DNA from: Mustelus asterias
Taxonomy: Eukaryota
Direction of reading: 5' to 3'
DNA: 64,000 bases
Assembly: GCF_964213995.1 (NCBI RefSeq)
Contig: NC_135804.1
Location: 58,776,001-58,840,000 of the forward strand
A program made the position numbers and the translations under genes. The notes under the pieces were generated by a model. That model was not told where the DNA came from, did not search any database, and saw only the letters and a list, made by a program, of their open reading frames with translations. Shown here piece by piece: positions 22,901 through 35,924 of this stretch (position 1 is the stretch's first letter; each line of letters opens with the position of its first letter).

Positions 22901-23719
22901 AATGTTATTATCCATTACAGCTGAAAATAAAGCAGGCTGCACGCAAAGCTATTTCTGGAATGTTCTCAGAAAAACAACGACATTTCTCTAAAATTAACTA
23001 TACTTTAACATTGATGCTGATTTCAAGATTTTTGGTTTGCCTTTCAGTTTTCAGAATCAGCACGCCGGGGATCGCAGAACATATTTACAAATGTTTTGTT
23101 GAGAGATGTGAGGTTTCAAATTAATGTCTTAAATTATTCTTCATCTCAACTTTGAACGAGTAACACAGGCATTGTGCAACTTGCAGGTCCTAAAATGGGC
23201 GCAGCGTCTAACCACAAGTGTTTCCATTATACCATGAGCAGAATCGCTGTGCAGTTCTTGCAATTTCCCATTAGCTCTAGCTACCAGTGCACGTTGTGGT
23301 ATATAATTAACTGATTGAAGAAATCAGCTATAAGAAGAGACATTGTATATAGACAAGTTGCAAAGGTTCTCACTTGAGCAACAGCAATCGCGCATTACAA
23401 CACAAATCTAAAATTGATGCCTTTGTAGTCATCATCAGAATTGAACAGATTATAAACAGGAAGAACTTACAAAGGATAACAAATGGAAATAGGAGTTAAA
23501 CTCACACATAAAGACCACCCACACAGTCACACACATAGAACAAGTGGTATTTGTAATGTACCTTCGACGTAGTAAATTATCACAAGACCATTATCAAACA
23601 CGTTTTAATACTGAGCAACGTTGGTGACTGGCAGACTTTAAAGGAAGACAGAGAGAAGCAGAGTTGTTTTGGGGATGGAATTCCTGACCTTAGGCCCTTT
23701 GCAGCTGGCATGACTGCCA

Positions 23720-24458
23720 ATTTTGATTTTGATTTGATTTATTGTTGTCACATGTATTAACATACAGTGAAAAGTATTGTTTCTTGCACGCTATGCAGAC
23801 AAAGCATACCGTTCATAGAAAAGGAAAGGACAGAGTGCAGAATGTAGTGTTACAGTCATAGCTAGGGTGTAGAGAAAGATCAACTTAATGCAAGGTAAGT
23901 CCATTCAAAAGTCTGAAAGCAGCAGGGAAGAAGCCGTTCTTGAGTCACGTTGGTAAGTGACCTCAGACTTTTGTATTTTCTTCCCGATGGAAGAAGGTGG
24001 AAAAGAGAATGTCTGCGGTGTGTGTGGTCCTTAATTATGCTGGTTGCTTTGCCGAGGCAGCGGGAAGTGTAGACAGAGTCAATGGATGGTTTGCGTGATG
24101 GATTGGGCTACATTCATGACCTTTTGTACTTTCGTGTGGTCTTGGGCAGAGCAGGAGCCATACCAAGCTGTGATACAACAGAAAGAATGCTTTCTATGGT
24201 GCATCTGTAAAAGTTGGTGAGAGTCGTAGCTGACATGCCAAATTTCCTTAGTCTTCTGAGAAAGCTGAGGTGTTGGTGGGCTTTCTTAACCATGGTGTCG
24301 GCATGGGGGGACCAGGACAGGTTGATAGTGATCTGGACACCTAAAAACTTGAAGCTCTCGACCCTTTCTACTTCGTCCCCATTGATGTAGACAGGGGCAT
24401 GTTCTCCTTTACGCTTCCTGAAGTCGATAACAATCTCCTTCATTTTGTTGACATTGTC
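23720..24458 (-). mobile_element. Rex1/Babar-type LINE 3' fragment
   Basis: KEIVIDFRK..FKFLGVQI..KAHQHLSFLRRLRKFGMS..FYRCTIES, with an ATCAAA-repeat tail. Confidence 0.85.
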
Positions 24459-24637
24459 TGCCAATGGCAGTGATGAAAATTGGAGATGGAGCGGAGGCCA
24501 CAAGTGAAGTAGACTCAAGCTCCTGGAGGTTTTTGAAAACTAGGATGGGAATTTTAAACTAAAGGTGCTGTAGGACCAGAAGGCAATGTTGACCAGCCAG
24601 TATGGAGTGATGAATTAACAGGACGTGGGATGGGTTA

Positions 24638-25310
24638 TACACATGTACACAAATTCATATAAGCACACGCAGTACACATTCACATATAAGCACATGCATG
24701 TGCAGAAACACAGGTACACATAGACATTCACACACACTCATGAATAGTCATTTTGTACTACAAAACTTTAGTATTGCTGATGATATAAGTTGAGATGTAA
24801 TATTCTTTTGAATCTGTCCTGGTGAGTTAAAGACAAAAAGCTTGAACAGCATATTTCTTTTTTCAGCAATGCTCATGAATGGAAAGACTTGTATTTTTGG
24901 AGCAACTGTCATGATTTCAGGATGCCCCAAAACATTTTTCAGCCAATGAAGTGTAGTCACTGCTATAATGTTTTATTCATTTACAGCGTGTTTGCATCAT
25001 TGGCCAGATCAGCATTTATTGCCCATTCCTAGTTGTCCTTCAGAAGATGGTGGTGAGCTGCCTTCTTGAACTGCTACAGTCACTGAGGTGTAGGTACACC
25101 ACAGTGCTGTTAGGAAGGGAATTTCATGATTTTGACCCAGCGACAGTGGAACAGCGATATATTTTGAAATCAGAATGGTGTATGACGAGGAATACATATG
25201 CAAGCTCATATACACACAGGTACACCAATATACATTCACACACACATATATAAACATGTATATATATGTAAACATACACCCATATGTAGGCATACACGCA
25301 GCCACACAGG
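24638..25310. repeat. Degenerate (CA/TA)n tracts split by inserted repeat fragments
   Basis: ACAC-rich segments at 24638-24740 and 25195-25310 with SINE/LINE-tail sequence between them. Confidence 0.55.
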
Positions 25311-26289
25311 CAGGGAAATTGTGAAACACTTAAATGGAAAACAAGGGATCAATCTCCTTCCTTACTCAAACAGCATGTTTATATTTCCACATTCCTCTGT
25401 ATTATACACATTTTATCTACAATATTTTGCCTGTTCAGGTTTCCATCCCACCTCAGCGACCCTGGACAAATTCACAAATGAAATTCTCTGTGCTGATGAC
25501 CACACAACCTCTTCATTGCAAAGACTGTCTTCTATTACCTCTGTAACGTTATCTGTCGTCACCCCATCTCAATCCTCCGAGCAGAAACAGTTAGCCATGC
25601 CGAGTTAAATTCCATTATGGAAATACAAATCTGGAGAGATATGAAATGCACTGTCCACCCACTTGCACCACTATACACAGTGACAATTACACCAATGTAT
25701 TCCTGGCTGAGTTCTTCCACCCTGCTGACTTCCAGTTTGCATAAACTTTAGCTTATTCATAGCTCTGCTGCCAATATAATTTCTTGCACCAAGTCTTGTT
25801 CAACCTTTTTTCTTATTCTGGCTGACCTACAATTGTTTCCCAAACCCTAGTGCTTCAAATGTAAAATTCTCATATTTAGTTAGATTTAGTCTTGACCTTG
25901 GTCTTGCCCACCTCAGGAACTCGCCCAGCCAATCACCCCCCCATTATTCATTCCCTATCTGCGGAACGTAATGCATTACCTAACCCTTTACCTTCACTGC
26001 CCAGACTTTATTCTCTCTCTAAACCTGTTTCCTGCACTTCTTCTGTTCCACTAACATTGTCTTTATTTTCCAGGAAAAAGAATCCCTACAGTGCAAAAGG
26101 AGACTATTCGGTCCATCAAGTCTGCACCAACTCTTCAACAGAGCATCTCACTTAGGCCCTATCCCCATAATCCCATGTTTTTACCCTGCTATTCCCGCTA
26201 ACCCACACATCCTGGGACTCTGAGGAGCAATTTAACATGGCCAATCCACCTAACCTGTTAGAGCCACATCTTCGATCAAACTTAGTCAC

Positions 26290-29200
26290 AGAGGTTCATA
26301 GCATGGAAGCAAGCCCTTCAGGCCAACTTGTCCATGCCACGCAGTTTTTACCACTAAGCTAGTCCCAATTGCCCGCATTTGGCCCATATCTCTGTTACCT
26401 ATCTTACCCATGGAACTGTCTAAATGCTTTTTAAAAGACAAAATTGTATCTGCCTCTACCATTACCTCTAGCAGCTCATTCCAGACGCTCACCACCCTCT
26501 GAGTGAAAAGATTTCCCCTCTGGACCCTTTTGTATCTCTCCCCTCTCACCTTAAACCTATGCCCTCTAGCTTTAGCCTCCCCTACATTTTGGAAAATATG
26601 TTGACTATCTACCTTATCTATGCCCCTCATTATTTTATAGACCTCTATAAGATCACCCCTGAGCCCCCTGCGCTCTCGGGGTAAAAAGTCCCAGTCTATC
26701 CAACCTCTCCTTATAACTCAAACCATCAAGTCCCGGTAGCATCCTAGTAAATCTTTTCTGCACTCTTTCTAATTTAATAATATCCTTTCTATAATAGGGT
26801 GACCAGAACTCTACACAGTTTCCAAGTGTGGCCTTACTAATGTCTTGTACAACTTCTACGAGATGTCGCAACTCCTGTATGTAATGTTCTGACCAATGAA
26901 ACCAAGCATGCCGAATGCCTACATCACCACCCTGTCCACCTGTGACTCCACTTTCTAGGAGCTATGAACCTGTACTTCTAAATCTCTTTGTTCCATAACT
27001 TTCCCCAATGCCCTACCATTAACTGAGTAGGTCATGCCCCGATTTGATCTACCAAAATGCATCAGCTCACATTTATCTAAATTAAGCTCCATCCTGCCAT
27101 ACATCGGCCCACTGGTGTAACTGATCAAGATCCTGTTGCAATCCTAGATAACCTTCTTCACTGTCCTCTATGCCACCACTCCTAGTGTCATCTGCAAACT
27201 TACTTGGGTCTGTACTCGGAGTTTAGAAGGCTGAGGGGAGATCTTATAGAGACATATAAGATAATGAAGGGGCTAGACAGGATAGAGGCAGAGAGATTCT
27301 TTCCACTTAGAAAGGAAACAAGAACTAGAGGACACAGCCTCAAAGTAAAGGGGAGTCAGTTTAGAACAGAGTTGAGGAGGAACTTCTTCTCTCAGAGGGT
27401 AGTGAATCTCTGGAATTCTCTACCCATTGAAGCAGTGGAGGCTACCTCATTAAATCTGTTTAAGTCACAGGTAGATAGATTTCTGATCAATAAGGGAATT
27501 AAGGGTTATGGGAAGCGGGCGGGTAAGTGGAACTAAACCACTATCAGATCAGCCATGATCTTATTGAATGGCGGGGCAGGCTCGAGGGGCTAGATGGCCT
27601 ACTCCTGTTCCTATTTCTTATGTTCTTATGTTCTTATCCATGCCTGATAAATTCTCATCTAAATCATTAATATAAATGATACAGTGGACCCAGCACTGAT
27701 CCCTGAGGCACACCACTGATCACAGGCCTCCAGTTTGAAAAACAACCCTCTACAGCCATCCTCTGTCTTCGGTCATCAAGCTAATTTTGTATCCAATTGG
27801 CTACCTTACCCTGGATCCAATGAGATTTAACCTTATGCAACAACCTACCATGAGGTACCTTGCCAAAGTCCATGTAGGCAACATCAACTGCACTGTCCTC
27901 ATCTACCTTCTTGGTTATCCCTTCAAAAAACTCAATCAAATTCATGAGACATGATTTTCCACTCACAAAGCCATGCTTGCTGTCTCTAATTAGCCCTTGC
28001 CTCTCGAAATGCCTGTAGATCCTATCCTTCAGAATACCTTTTAACAGCTTACCCATTACAGTTGTTCGGCCAACCGGTCTATGGCTCCCAGGCTTTTCCC
28101 TGCAACTCTTGTTAAACAAAGGCACAACATTTGCCACCTCCAATCTTCAGGCACCTCACTCGTGGCTGTCGATGATTCAAATATCTCTGCTAGGGACCTT
28201 CAACTTCCTCCCTAACCTCCTCCCTGGGGTACATTTCATCAAGTCCCGGGGATTTATCTACCTTGATGTGCTTTAAGACTTCCAGCACTTCTTTCTCTGT
28301 AATATGTATACTCCTCAGGCCATCACTATTTATTTCCCCAAGTTTCGTAAAATCCATGCCTTTCTCAACAGTAAATACCGATGAGAAATATTAATTTAGG
28401 ATCTCACCCATCTCTTGTGGATCCGCACATAGATGATCTTTTTGATCCTTAAGAGGTCCTACTCTCTCCTTAGTTCGTCTTTTGCCCTTTGTGTATTTAT
28501 TTGTAGAAGCTCTTTGGATTCTCCTTTGCCTTATCTGCCAAAACAACCTCATGTCCCCTTTTTGCCCTCCTGATTTCTCTCTTAATTCTACCCCTACACC
28601 CTCTATACTCTTCAAGGGATCCACTTGATCCCAGCTGCCTATGCATGTCATGTGCCTCCTTCTTCTTGTTGACTAGTGCCTCCATATTACAAGTCACCCA
28701 GGGATCCCTACTTCTACCAGCCTTGCCCTTCACTCTAAGAGAATGTGCTTACCCTGAACGGCACGGTAGCACAGTGGTTAGCACTGCTGCTTCACAGCTC
28801 CAGGGACCTGGGTTCGATTCCCGGCTTGGGTCAATGTCTGTGTGGAGTTTGCACATTCTCCTCATGTCTGCGTGGGTTTCCTCCGGGTGCTCCGGTTTCC
28901 TCCCACAGTCCAAAGATGTGCGGGTTAGGTTGATTGGCTGTGCTAAAATTGCCCCTGAGTGTCTTGAGATGCGTAGGGTAGAGGGATTGGCGGGTAAATA
29001 TGTAGGGATATGGGGGTGGGGCCTGGGTGGGATTGTGGTCGGTGCAGACTCGATGGGCCGAATGGCCTCTTTCTGCGCTGTGGGGTTTCTATGATTCTAT
29101 GAACCCTGGTTAACACACTTTTGAAAGCCTCCCACTTACCAGCTATCCCTTTGCCTGCCAACAGACTCCCCCAATCAACTTTTGAAAGCTCCTGTCTAAT

Positions 29201-29375
29201 GTCATGGAAATTGGCCTTGCCCCAATTTAGAATTTTAACTTTTAGGCCAGACCTATTATTCTCCTTAGCTATCTTAAAACGAATATACTTAGTCCCAAAG
29301 TGATCCCTCATTAACACTTCTGTCACCAGCCTTTCCTTATTTCCCAAGAGGAGATCACGTTTTGCCCCCTCTCTA
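26290..29375 (-). mobile_element. Long decayed CR1 ORF2, with a nested plus-strand CR1 (27205-27637) and SINE (28758-29101)
   Basis: Successive minus-strand ORFs (LNWGKANF; ANVVPLFNK..HGFVSGKSCLMNLIEFFE; LERVQKRFTRMLPG). The nested CR1 ends in (TTCTTATG)n. Confidence 0.9.
28758..29101 (+). mobile_element. Young full-length HE1-type SINE
   Basis: Near-consensus A/B boxes, V-domain and TTCTATGA tail repeats. Confidence 0.92.
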
Positions 29376-29573
29376 GCTTTCCTACCTTCTAATACGCCTT
29401 TGAGTGGGTGCATTTTTCTTTTTGGTTAGGTCTTTTGGAAACTCTTTAGTACACATTTCTAATTCAAATGCATACATATAAATATAAGAGGTGTGATTTC
29501 CTCTACTTTTCCAGGTCTGGTGGTGTTGTGGTGATGTCACTGCACTCTCTATTGTGATCTTGGCTAATACTAT

Positions 29574-29890
29574 GGGGGTGGCATGGTGGCACAGTGGTTA
29601 GCGCTGCTGCCCCACAGCGCCAGGGACCTGGGTTCAATTCCAGCCTTGGATCACTGTCGGTGTGAAGTTTGCGCATTTCCCTGTGTCTGCGTGGCATTCC
29701 TCCGAGTGCTCCGGTTTCCTCCCACACTCCAAAGATGTGCGGGTTAGGTTGATTGGCCATGCTAAATTGCCCCTTAGGGTCAGGGGACTAGCAGAGTAAA
29801 GATGTGGAGTTAAGGGGATAGGTAGGGTTGTTGTCGGTGCAGGCTCAATGGGCCAAATGGCCTCCTTCTCCACTCTACGGATTCTATGAC
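29574..29890 (+). mobile_element. HE1-type SINE
   Basis: GGGGTGGCATGGTGGCACAGTGGTTAGC head and V-domain. Confidence 0.88.
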
Positions 29891-30399
29891 AAAGTGTTCT
29901 GATTGAGAGGTTAACTTATTGTTTCGCTTGACAGATGGTGATTTTCCCATTGAGCATTTCCAGTATGTTCTCTTTTATATTACATACAATTGCACTGAGT
30001 CTACAGCACAGATACAGACTATTCGGCCCAATTGATGTATGCTGGCATTTATGCACCTCTCCCTCTCTTCATTTATCCTCACCAACATATTTCCTTCCGC
30101 CTCATCTACGTTTCAAGCTTCCCTCTTAAATGTGTCTATACCATTCTCCTGAATGATCCCTATATCTAGTGTGTTCCACATTCTTACCACTTACTATGTA
30201 TAGAAGCTTCTCATGAATTCTCGATTGGATATATTTATGCCTGTTGTATGTTTCTATCCTCAGGTTTCGGATTCCCCCACAAGTGAACTCATTTTCTCTG
30301 CATCAAACCTATTAACGCCGTTCATAATTTCAATGGCCTCGATCGGGTCTCCCTTCAGCTTCCACTTTTTCACTCATTTACAATGATTCGAGTGTTAGC

Positions 30400-30670
30400 C
30401 ACCATTCACTTGGTAATACTCACTCCTGCCTGACAAAATTGTGCTTTCAAGCCGTACCCCGGGACCTGGCCATAGATTGACATTCCAGTGCAGTGCTGAG
30501 AGAGTGCTGCATTGTCCGAGGTGCTGTCTCCACGATGCGACGTTAAACCTCGGCCCCATCTGCCTTCGTGGGTGCCCGTTAAAGATGTCATGCCACTAGT
30601 TTGAAGAAGAGCAGAAGAGTTATCCCCAGTGTCTTGATCAACTTCATCACTCAATCAACATCACAAAAAA
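30400..30670 (+). mobile_element. DeuSINE-like (SacSINE/AmnSINE Deu-domain) old SINE
   Basis: CAGTGCAGTGCTGAGAGAGTGCTGCATTGTC..GAGGTGCTGTC..GACGTTAAAC..TTTGAAGAAGAGCAG. Related copies at ~20770-20980 and 41080-41270 (-). Confidence 0.6.
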
Positions 30671-31187
30671 ATGAGGTTTTGGGGCGTTTGTTGTGCACAC
30701 GTTTCCTTATCACGGCAGTGGCCACACTTCAGAAGTTGTCTGCAAACGGCGATGGCAAATTCGGTTAAAAAAATTACGAATCATTCCCAGTCATCGAGAT
30801 CGTTGGTACTTTACTCGTTAATAACTGAAGAAAAATATCTAGCAGCTCTTTCTAGCGAAATCTTACATACCTTAACAAAACACTTATTTTCCCCAACAAC
30901 AGGGAGCATCCTCCAAATATCTTCGCAACACTGCTAACCCAGAATGACCAGAGGAGGTCGCTGTTTCCCGCAAATTGTTGCTGGGCTGGAGTAATAATTG
31001 TCGGAATTATGCACCAGCTATAGCTCCGGAATATCTCATTACTCTCAATGTGTAAATTGTGGTCCAAATGTTCACCTTCAAAGAACATTCATTTAAATCT
31101 CCTATCTGTTAATGTGAATTTGCACGCCTATTGTAAAGGTTTGAATTGCAAAGCGATGTGCGCGCAGATGATAAACGTGTGTCTTGC

Positions 31188-33030
31188 CTTTGGCACTGTC
31201 ACAGCTTGAAATACTGCCCAAGGATGACTATCAGCACCATTATTACCAATGGACTCACTCAATACCGAGCGCCACTAGAGGACAACGACATTGGGAGCGC
31301 CTGCAAACCAAGAACAGCAGAGATATAAGGCCGTTAATATCATTACATCCAACGAGAATACCAGGAATACACTGGATCAGAACTCATCAGTGTAGTGACC
31401 ATTTAATACAAATACAGATCTTTAAAAAATCAAATTACTGCCAACTGAAACAGTTCACATTCGGACTAATACTTCGTCAATGTAATAAAAGAATACAACA
31501 ACTTCAAATGCTAACATGGTTCTCAAAAAAAGTCACTGGATTATGAAACAGGACAAACGAACAAGAGTTTCCGAAAAAGAAGTGAACATTTGTAATTTAC
31601 AAATTCGGGTCTGAACAGAAAGAGGAGCCGCTTCTGCGGGTTAATGCCGTATCTTTTTAAGGTGCATACATTCCGACCGTCCTTCACTACTTAGCAGTAT
31701 TGACCCCCAGGTCCAATTTTCATGCTGTTCTTATACTCGAGTCACATGTAGATCTCCAGGGTAAAACTGGGCTGTTTTTCCAGGAAAGTCACTGAGGAGG
31801 ATGGACAGAATTTACACTCGATCGAGTTGATCCTCGGATGAATGGGGCGAATTTGGGAGGGAAGGAAAATGATTTTGTTTTTAAAATATTGATTACTATT
31901 TTATTTCAGTAGCCTATAATTTAGCACACATGTTTAGGACAGGGCATTTAACATCGTGCTTCATTGGAGCTTTTTAAATTTCTTCGTTTTCAAACATTAT
32001 TTATCATGGAATTAGAAATTATATGGACCCTTGAATAGAGGAAGAGAAGTGACAGACATAAATATGTATAGTAGAATCACTGGGCCGTAGAGCATAGAGA
32101 GAGGTAATTCGGCCCAAATTGTCTATGTTGGCTCTTTGAAAGAATTATATAATTGGTCTCACCATTGGTCTTTCTCCAAAGCTCTGGATTTCTAAATTTT
32201 TAAGTATGTGTCCTATTCCCAATAATAAAATTATTATTGCTTCTTCCAGGTAGGGAATTCCGGATCGTAGCATTTTAGCTCGGAAAACATTTTTTCTTCC
32301 CCTCCGATCTTGCTCTTTTGACCATTTTCATGAATTTGGTCCTTTGGTTACTGAATCGTAGTTTATCCTGTTACAGAATCTGATAACCATACACTGTAGG
32401 AATCCATTTGCTCAGTGTGCTTGGTTGGTTCTGCAAATGCCATCCAGTTTGTCTAATTGACCTATTTATTCATTTACCTTTAAAAAATATGGATAATCCT
32501 GCTACAATAACAAGTTGTAAACTTAAATAGATGTATTGTAAATCTTACTCCGAGGCTGGCTGGATGCTGATACTAGATGCAAACCCCTATGCAGTTGTTT
32601 CATTCCTGCACTCTTCACTAACTCGTTGATATTTTACCAAGTATCTTTTGTATAGTTGATCCCTGAAACATCCAGAACTTGCAACTCAAGGGGCACGAGG
32701 ATCTTTGAGCCGGTTCCATTCCCAATTCTCCTTTACGACAGTATACTGACCTTATGGCCAGATTCTTTGAAAATCACAGTGAAGAAATAGAGGGCTTCTC
32801 CACACTTTTTGTTTGGAAGATTTGTCTTTCGCTTCTTCGTTGTCCAAGAGTTTTTCGTTATCCTACTGCCACCAATAGGTCTTTCGTTGACTCCTCTTGA
32901 AAGTGAAGGAAGATGCAGTACCCGGCGATGTTTGTTCGTTTGAGCGCAACTTTAAGTGGAGAGGATTTGGCTAATTGTGAAATCCCCCAACAACCATCAG
33001 AAAGCCAATATAAATACGAAAATAGACATC
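31188..33030 (-). pseudogene. Decayed paralogue of the V(J)-C1-TM receptor
   Basis: Three remnants in the correct order and strand. V at ~33030-32690 (YCIFLHFQE / TYWW / TVIFKESG / GNGTGSKILV). C1 at ~31850-31600 (KTAQFYPGDLHVT, versus KTAAFYPEDLKIS in the intact gene). TM at 31300-31188 (VSPLVIMVLIVILGQYFKL). All contain stops or frameshifts. Confidence 0.8.
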
Positions 33031-33149
33031 TGTGGCAGTGCAATCCCCAGGATCAGAATACATCTGAAGCATTCCGGACAATTCAAGTTGACTGAATGCA
33101 AGCAACAAATGACATCCGATAGTTCGGATTTTGTGGGTTCAGCAAAGAT

Positions 33150-34100
33150 CAGACGAGAATAGGTCAGAGGTCAGTGACATCATGTGTAGAGTGGGGAGTT
33201 TTGCTGATGATTGCACTACGTACAGAATCATTCACAACTCCTCAGGCACTGAAGCAATACGTGTCCATATGAGACAAGAACAGCAAAACCTTCGGGCTTT
33301 GCTTAATAAGAGGCAAGTGACATTTGCACCACACCTCGTGCAAGGCAATAACCATTTCCAAACCGAGGGAATCAACCCATCATTCCTGAGTTTCAAGGGC
33401 TATACCGTGGCCTAATATCCTCCTCCCCCTGTCACCACCACTAAACCAACCCCCAGCTCTAACTATTGTGGGTTGGTGTTGACAAGAATACTAATTGACT
33501 CAGCCTTGCAAATACTGTGGTTACATGAACAGATGAGAGGCTGGGAATTCTGTGGCAAGTAACTCATCACCTGACACCCCAAATCCTCTGTATTATCTAC
33601 TAGACACAACTCAATTGTATGATGGAGCTTGCCTGGATGAATGTGGTTCCAGAGGTTGGGCACTATCAAGGACAAAGCTGTCCGTTTGCTTAGCACCCCA
33701 TCCATCACTTCACACATTCGCTTCCTCTACCATTTGTCCCAAGAGCAAAAACATCTACACAATGCAATGGGACAACTCACCAAGTCTGCACGAATGTCAC
33801 CATCAATTCCAAATCCTATACCTTGACCACCTGGAGAACAAGGGCAGCAGATGCATGGGAATTCCAGACCTGTACGTTCCTTTCTGAGTGACACAACATC
33901 TTGACCTGAAACCATATCACCATTCCTTCTCTGCCCCTGGTCTAAACTCCTGGAACTCCCTCCCACCATCACCCCCGGAACACCCTTCAGGTGTTCCTTC
34001 ATCATATGGACTGCAATGATTTAAGAAACAGCTCACCATCATCTTCTCAAGGGAAATTAGGGATGGATAATTAATGCCTGTTTTGCCATATCCCTTGAAC
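33150..34100 (+). mobile_element. Old CR1/L2-group LINE RT fragment
   Basis: GSFADDCTTYRIIHNSSGTEA..RQVTFAPH; same family as 6575-7760. Confidence 0.75.
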
Positions 34101-35924
34101 CAGTAAAAGATGTGATGCAACCTGTAGAACATTTCCTGTTTTACTTTCAGATTTCCAGTATCCACATCATATTATAACTCAAAAGTGCTCCCTGAGTGGT
34201 TGTTCCTTGTGGAGGAATTGTTATTGGAATGGAAAACAGTAAGTTTGAAGGGCAAAAGTGCGTAAAGGGCAAATTGGTTGTAAGGGGCTTATTAAATGGG
34301 CAATATGTTTGGAACATCATTTATGACCAAGAATGAAAATGCCCTTTCTTCAAAAACTGTCTGTACTGCAGCTTGTAAGATAACAATCACTCCAGGTGAA
34401 TCAGCTAAGCCTTATTTTCTGAATGCACAGCTTGCAGGCTTTGCAGTTACAATGGCAGCCTTGGAATGAACGCTTGGGCTTCCAGGCTCTTAGCTAAAGT
34501 CAGCAGAATTTATTCCATTTGTTAAGAACCAGTTGATGGAAATTGCTAGGATATTCCAAATCCCAGAAGGGAAACCTGGAATACTGGGTGCTAACTGTGT
34601 TTTTTTGCAATTTACTCTAACGTGCGGAAAGGTGTGAAAATCAGAGTAGAATACATCAGCCTTGCTGTAACAATCAAAATAAATGTTTATTAAACAGTAA
34701 TATACACAACAAGACAACTAAAACACCAAACACTTAGCTACATTAATAGCCAATCACAATGCCTTTTAACTGATCCACCTTCAAATTTCTCTATTTTCCT
34801 AACTTTATGGCTAAACCACTCCAAATAACATCCCATAACTTTTAAACTGTAAGCAAAATCTAGCAATAGTGACCACATCCGGCACATATATCTCTTGTGA
34901 GGTTACTTCTGGCTTAGAATAGAGACAAACTGGCTGTTGAAAGATGCTTTCTCAGGCACTTCTTGTTGTGGGAATGAACACAACTTCCTGCTGTGTGTGG
35001 CTGTGATGTTCGACCAGTTTCCTGTATAGGATAAACTCTGCCACTGATGTACCACTTTTTCCTTTTGATCTTTTCTTATCTGCATTACCTGTCTTCGAGG
35101 TCCCTCTCAATGACACTTCTTACATATGCTCACCCTTTTAAAAATAAAGTTTGCCATTCACCCTCATCTTCTCTTTTGAACATTTACCATTTTTATTTTA
35201 ACGCTTGAAATTCTATGCCCCATTGTTATCCACTTCCTGTTGGTAAATATCAGTTGACAGTATTACCTGGCTAATCTTCATATCCAAAACCTCAGTTACT
35301 TCAGCTCAGTCAACATGTCTTCCTAACCAATTCCCATTTAAATATAGTTTGCTCCCTTATAATCATGCCCCACCAGAACATATTTTGAATTATTAGATTC
35401 CTTAACTTTTATGTTATCACAATTCCTTGACACATTGCTGACTACAAGCTTATTTATCCTGTGAACTAGCTATGATATAAATGGTTAAACAATAAGCAAG
35501 TGAACTATTAAGTCATTAAATTCTGCAGCCGATGCTTTGAACAATTCTCTTTGTCATCTTCCACCACCTGGTTGTTTTCATACATGGATCAGAGTCAGGT
35601 GCAAACGTGAATATTTTTTATATATTTTGATCCAACCATTAACGTTTTTTTAAAATCAAATTGTTTGTTTTGGCTCTTGTGAAGGGGCATGTCTTCTATT
35701 TCTGTTTGAAGGAACTTGTTACTTGAAATTATGAAAACTGAAGAGAGAAGTTCTGATTTTGGATACCTCCTTAGACCAACCAACCATTTTATTTTAGAGT
35801 AAGCCTTTAAACTAAATAGTGAAGAAGGATTGTTCAACTGGAAGGAATATTAAAAAATTAAATTGAGTACAAGGCAATAGTGTAGGTAGAGACAGGAGCA
35901 ATGATAACCAGAATGGAAACATCA

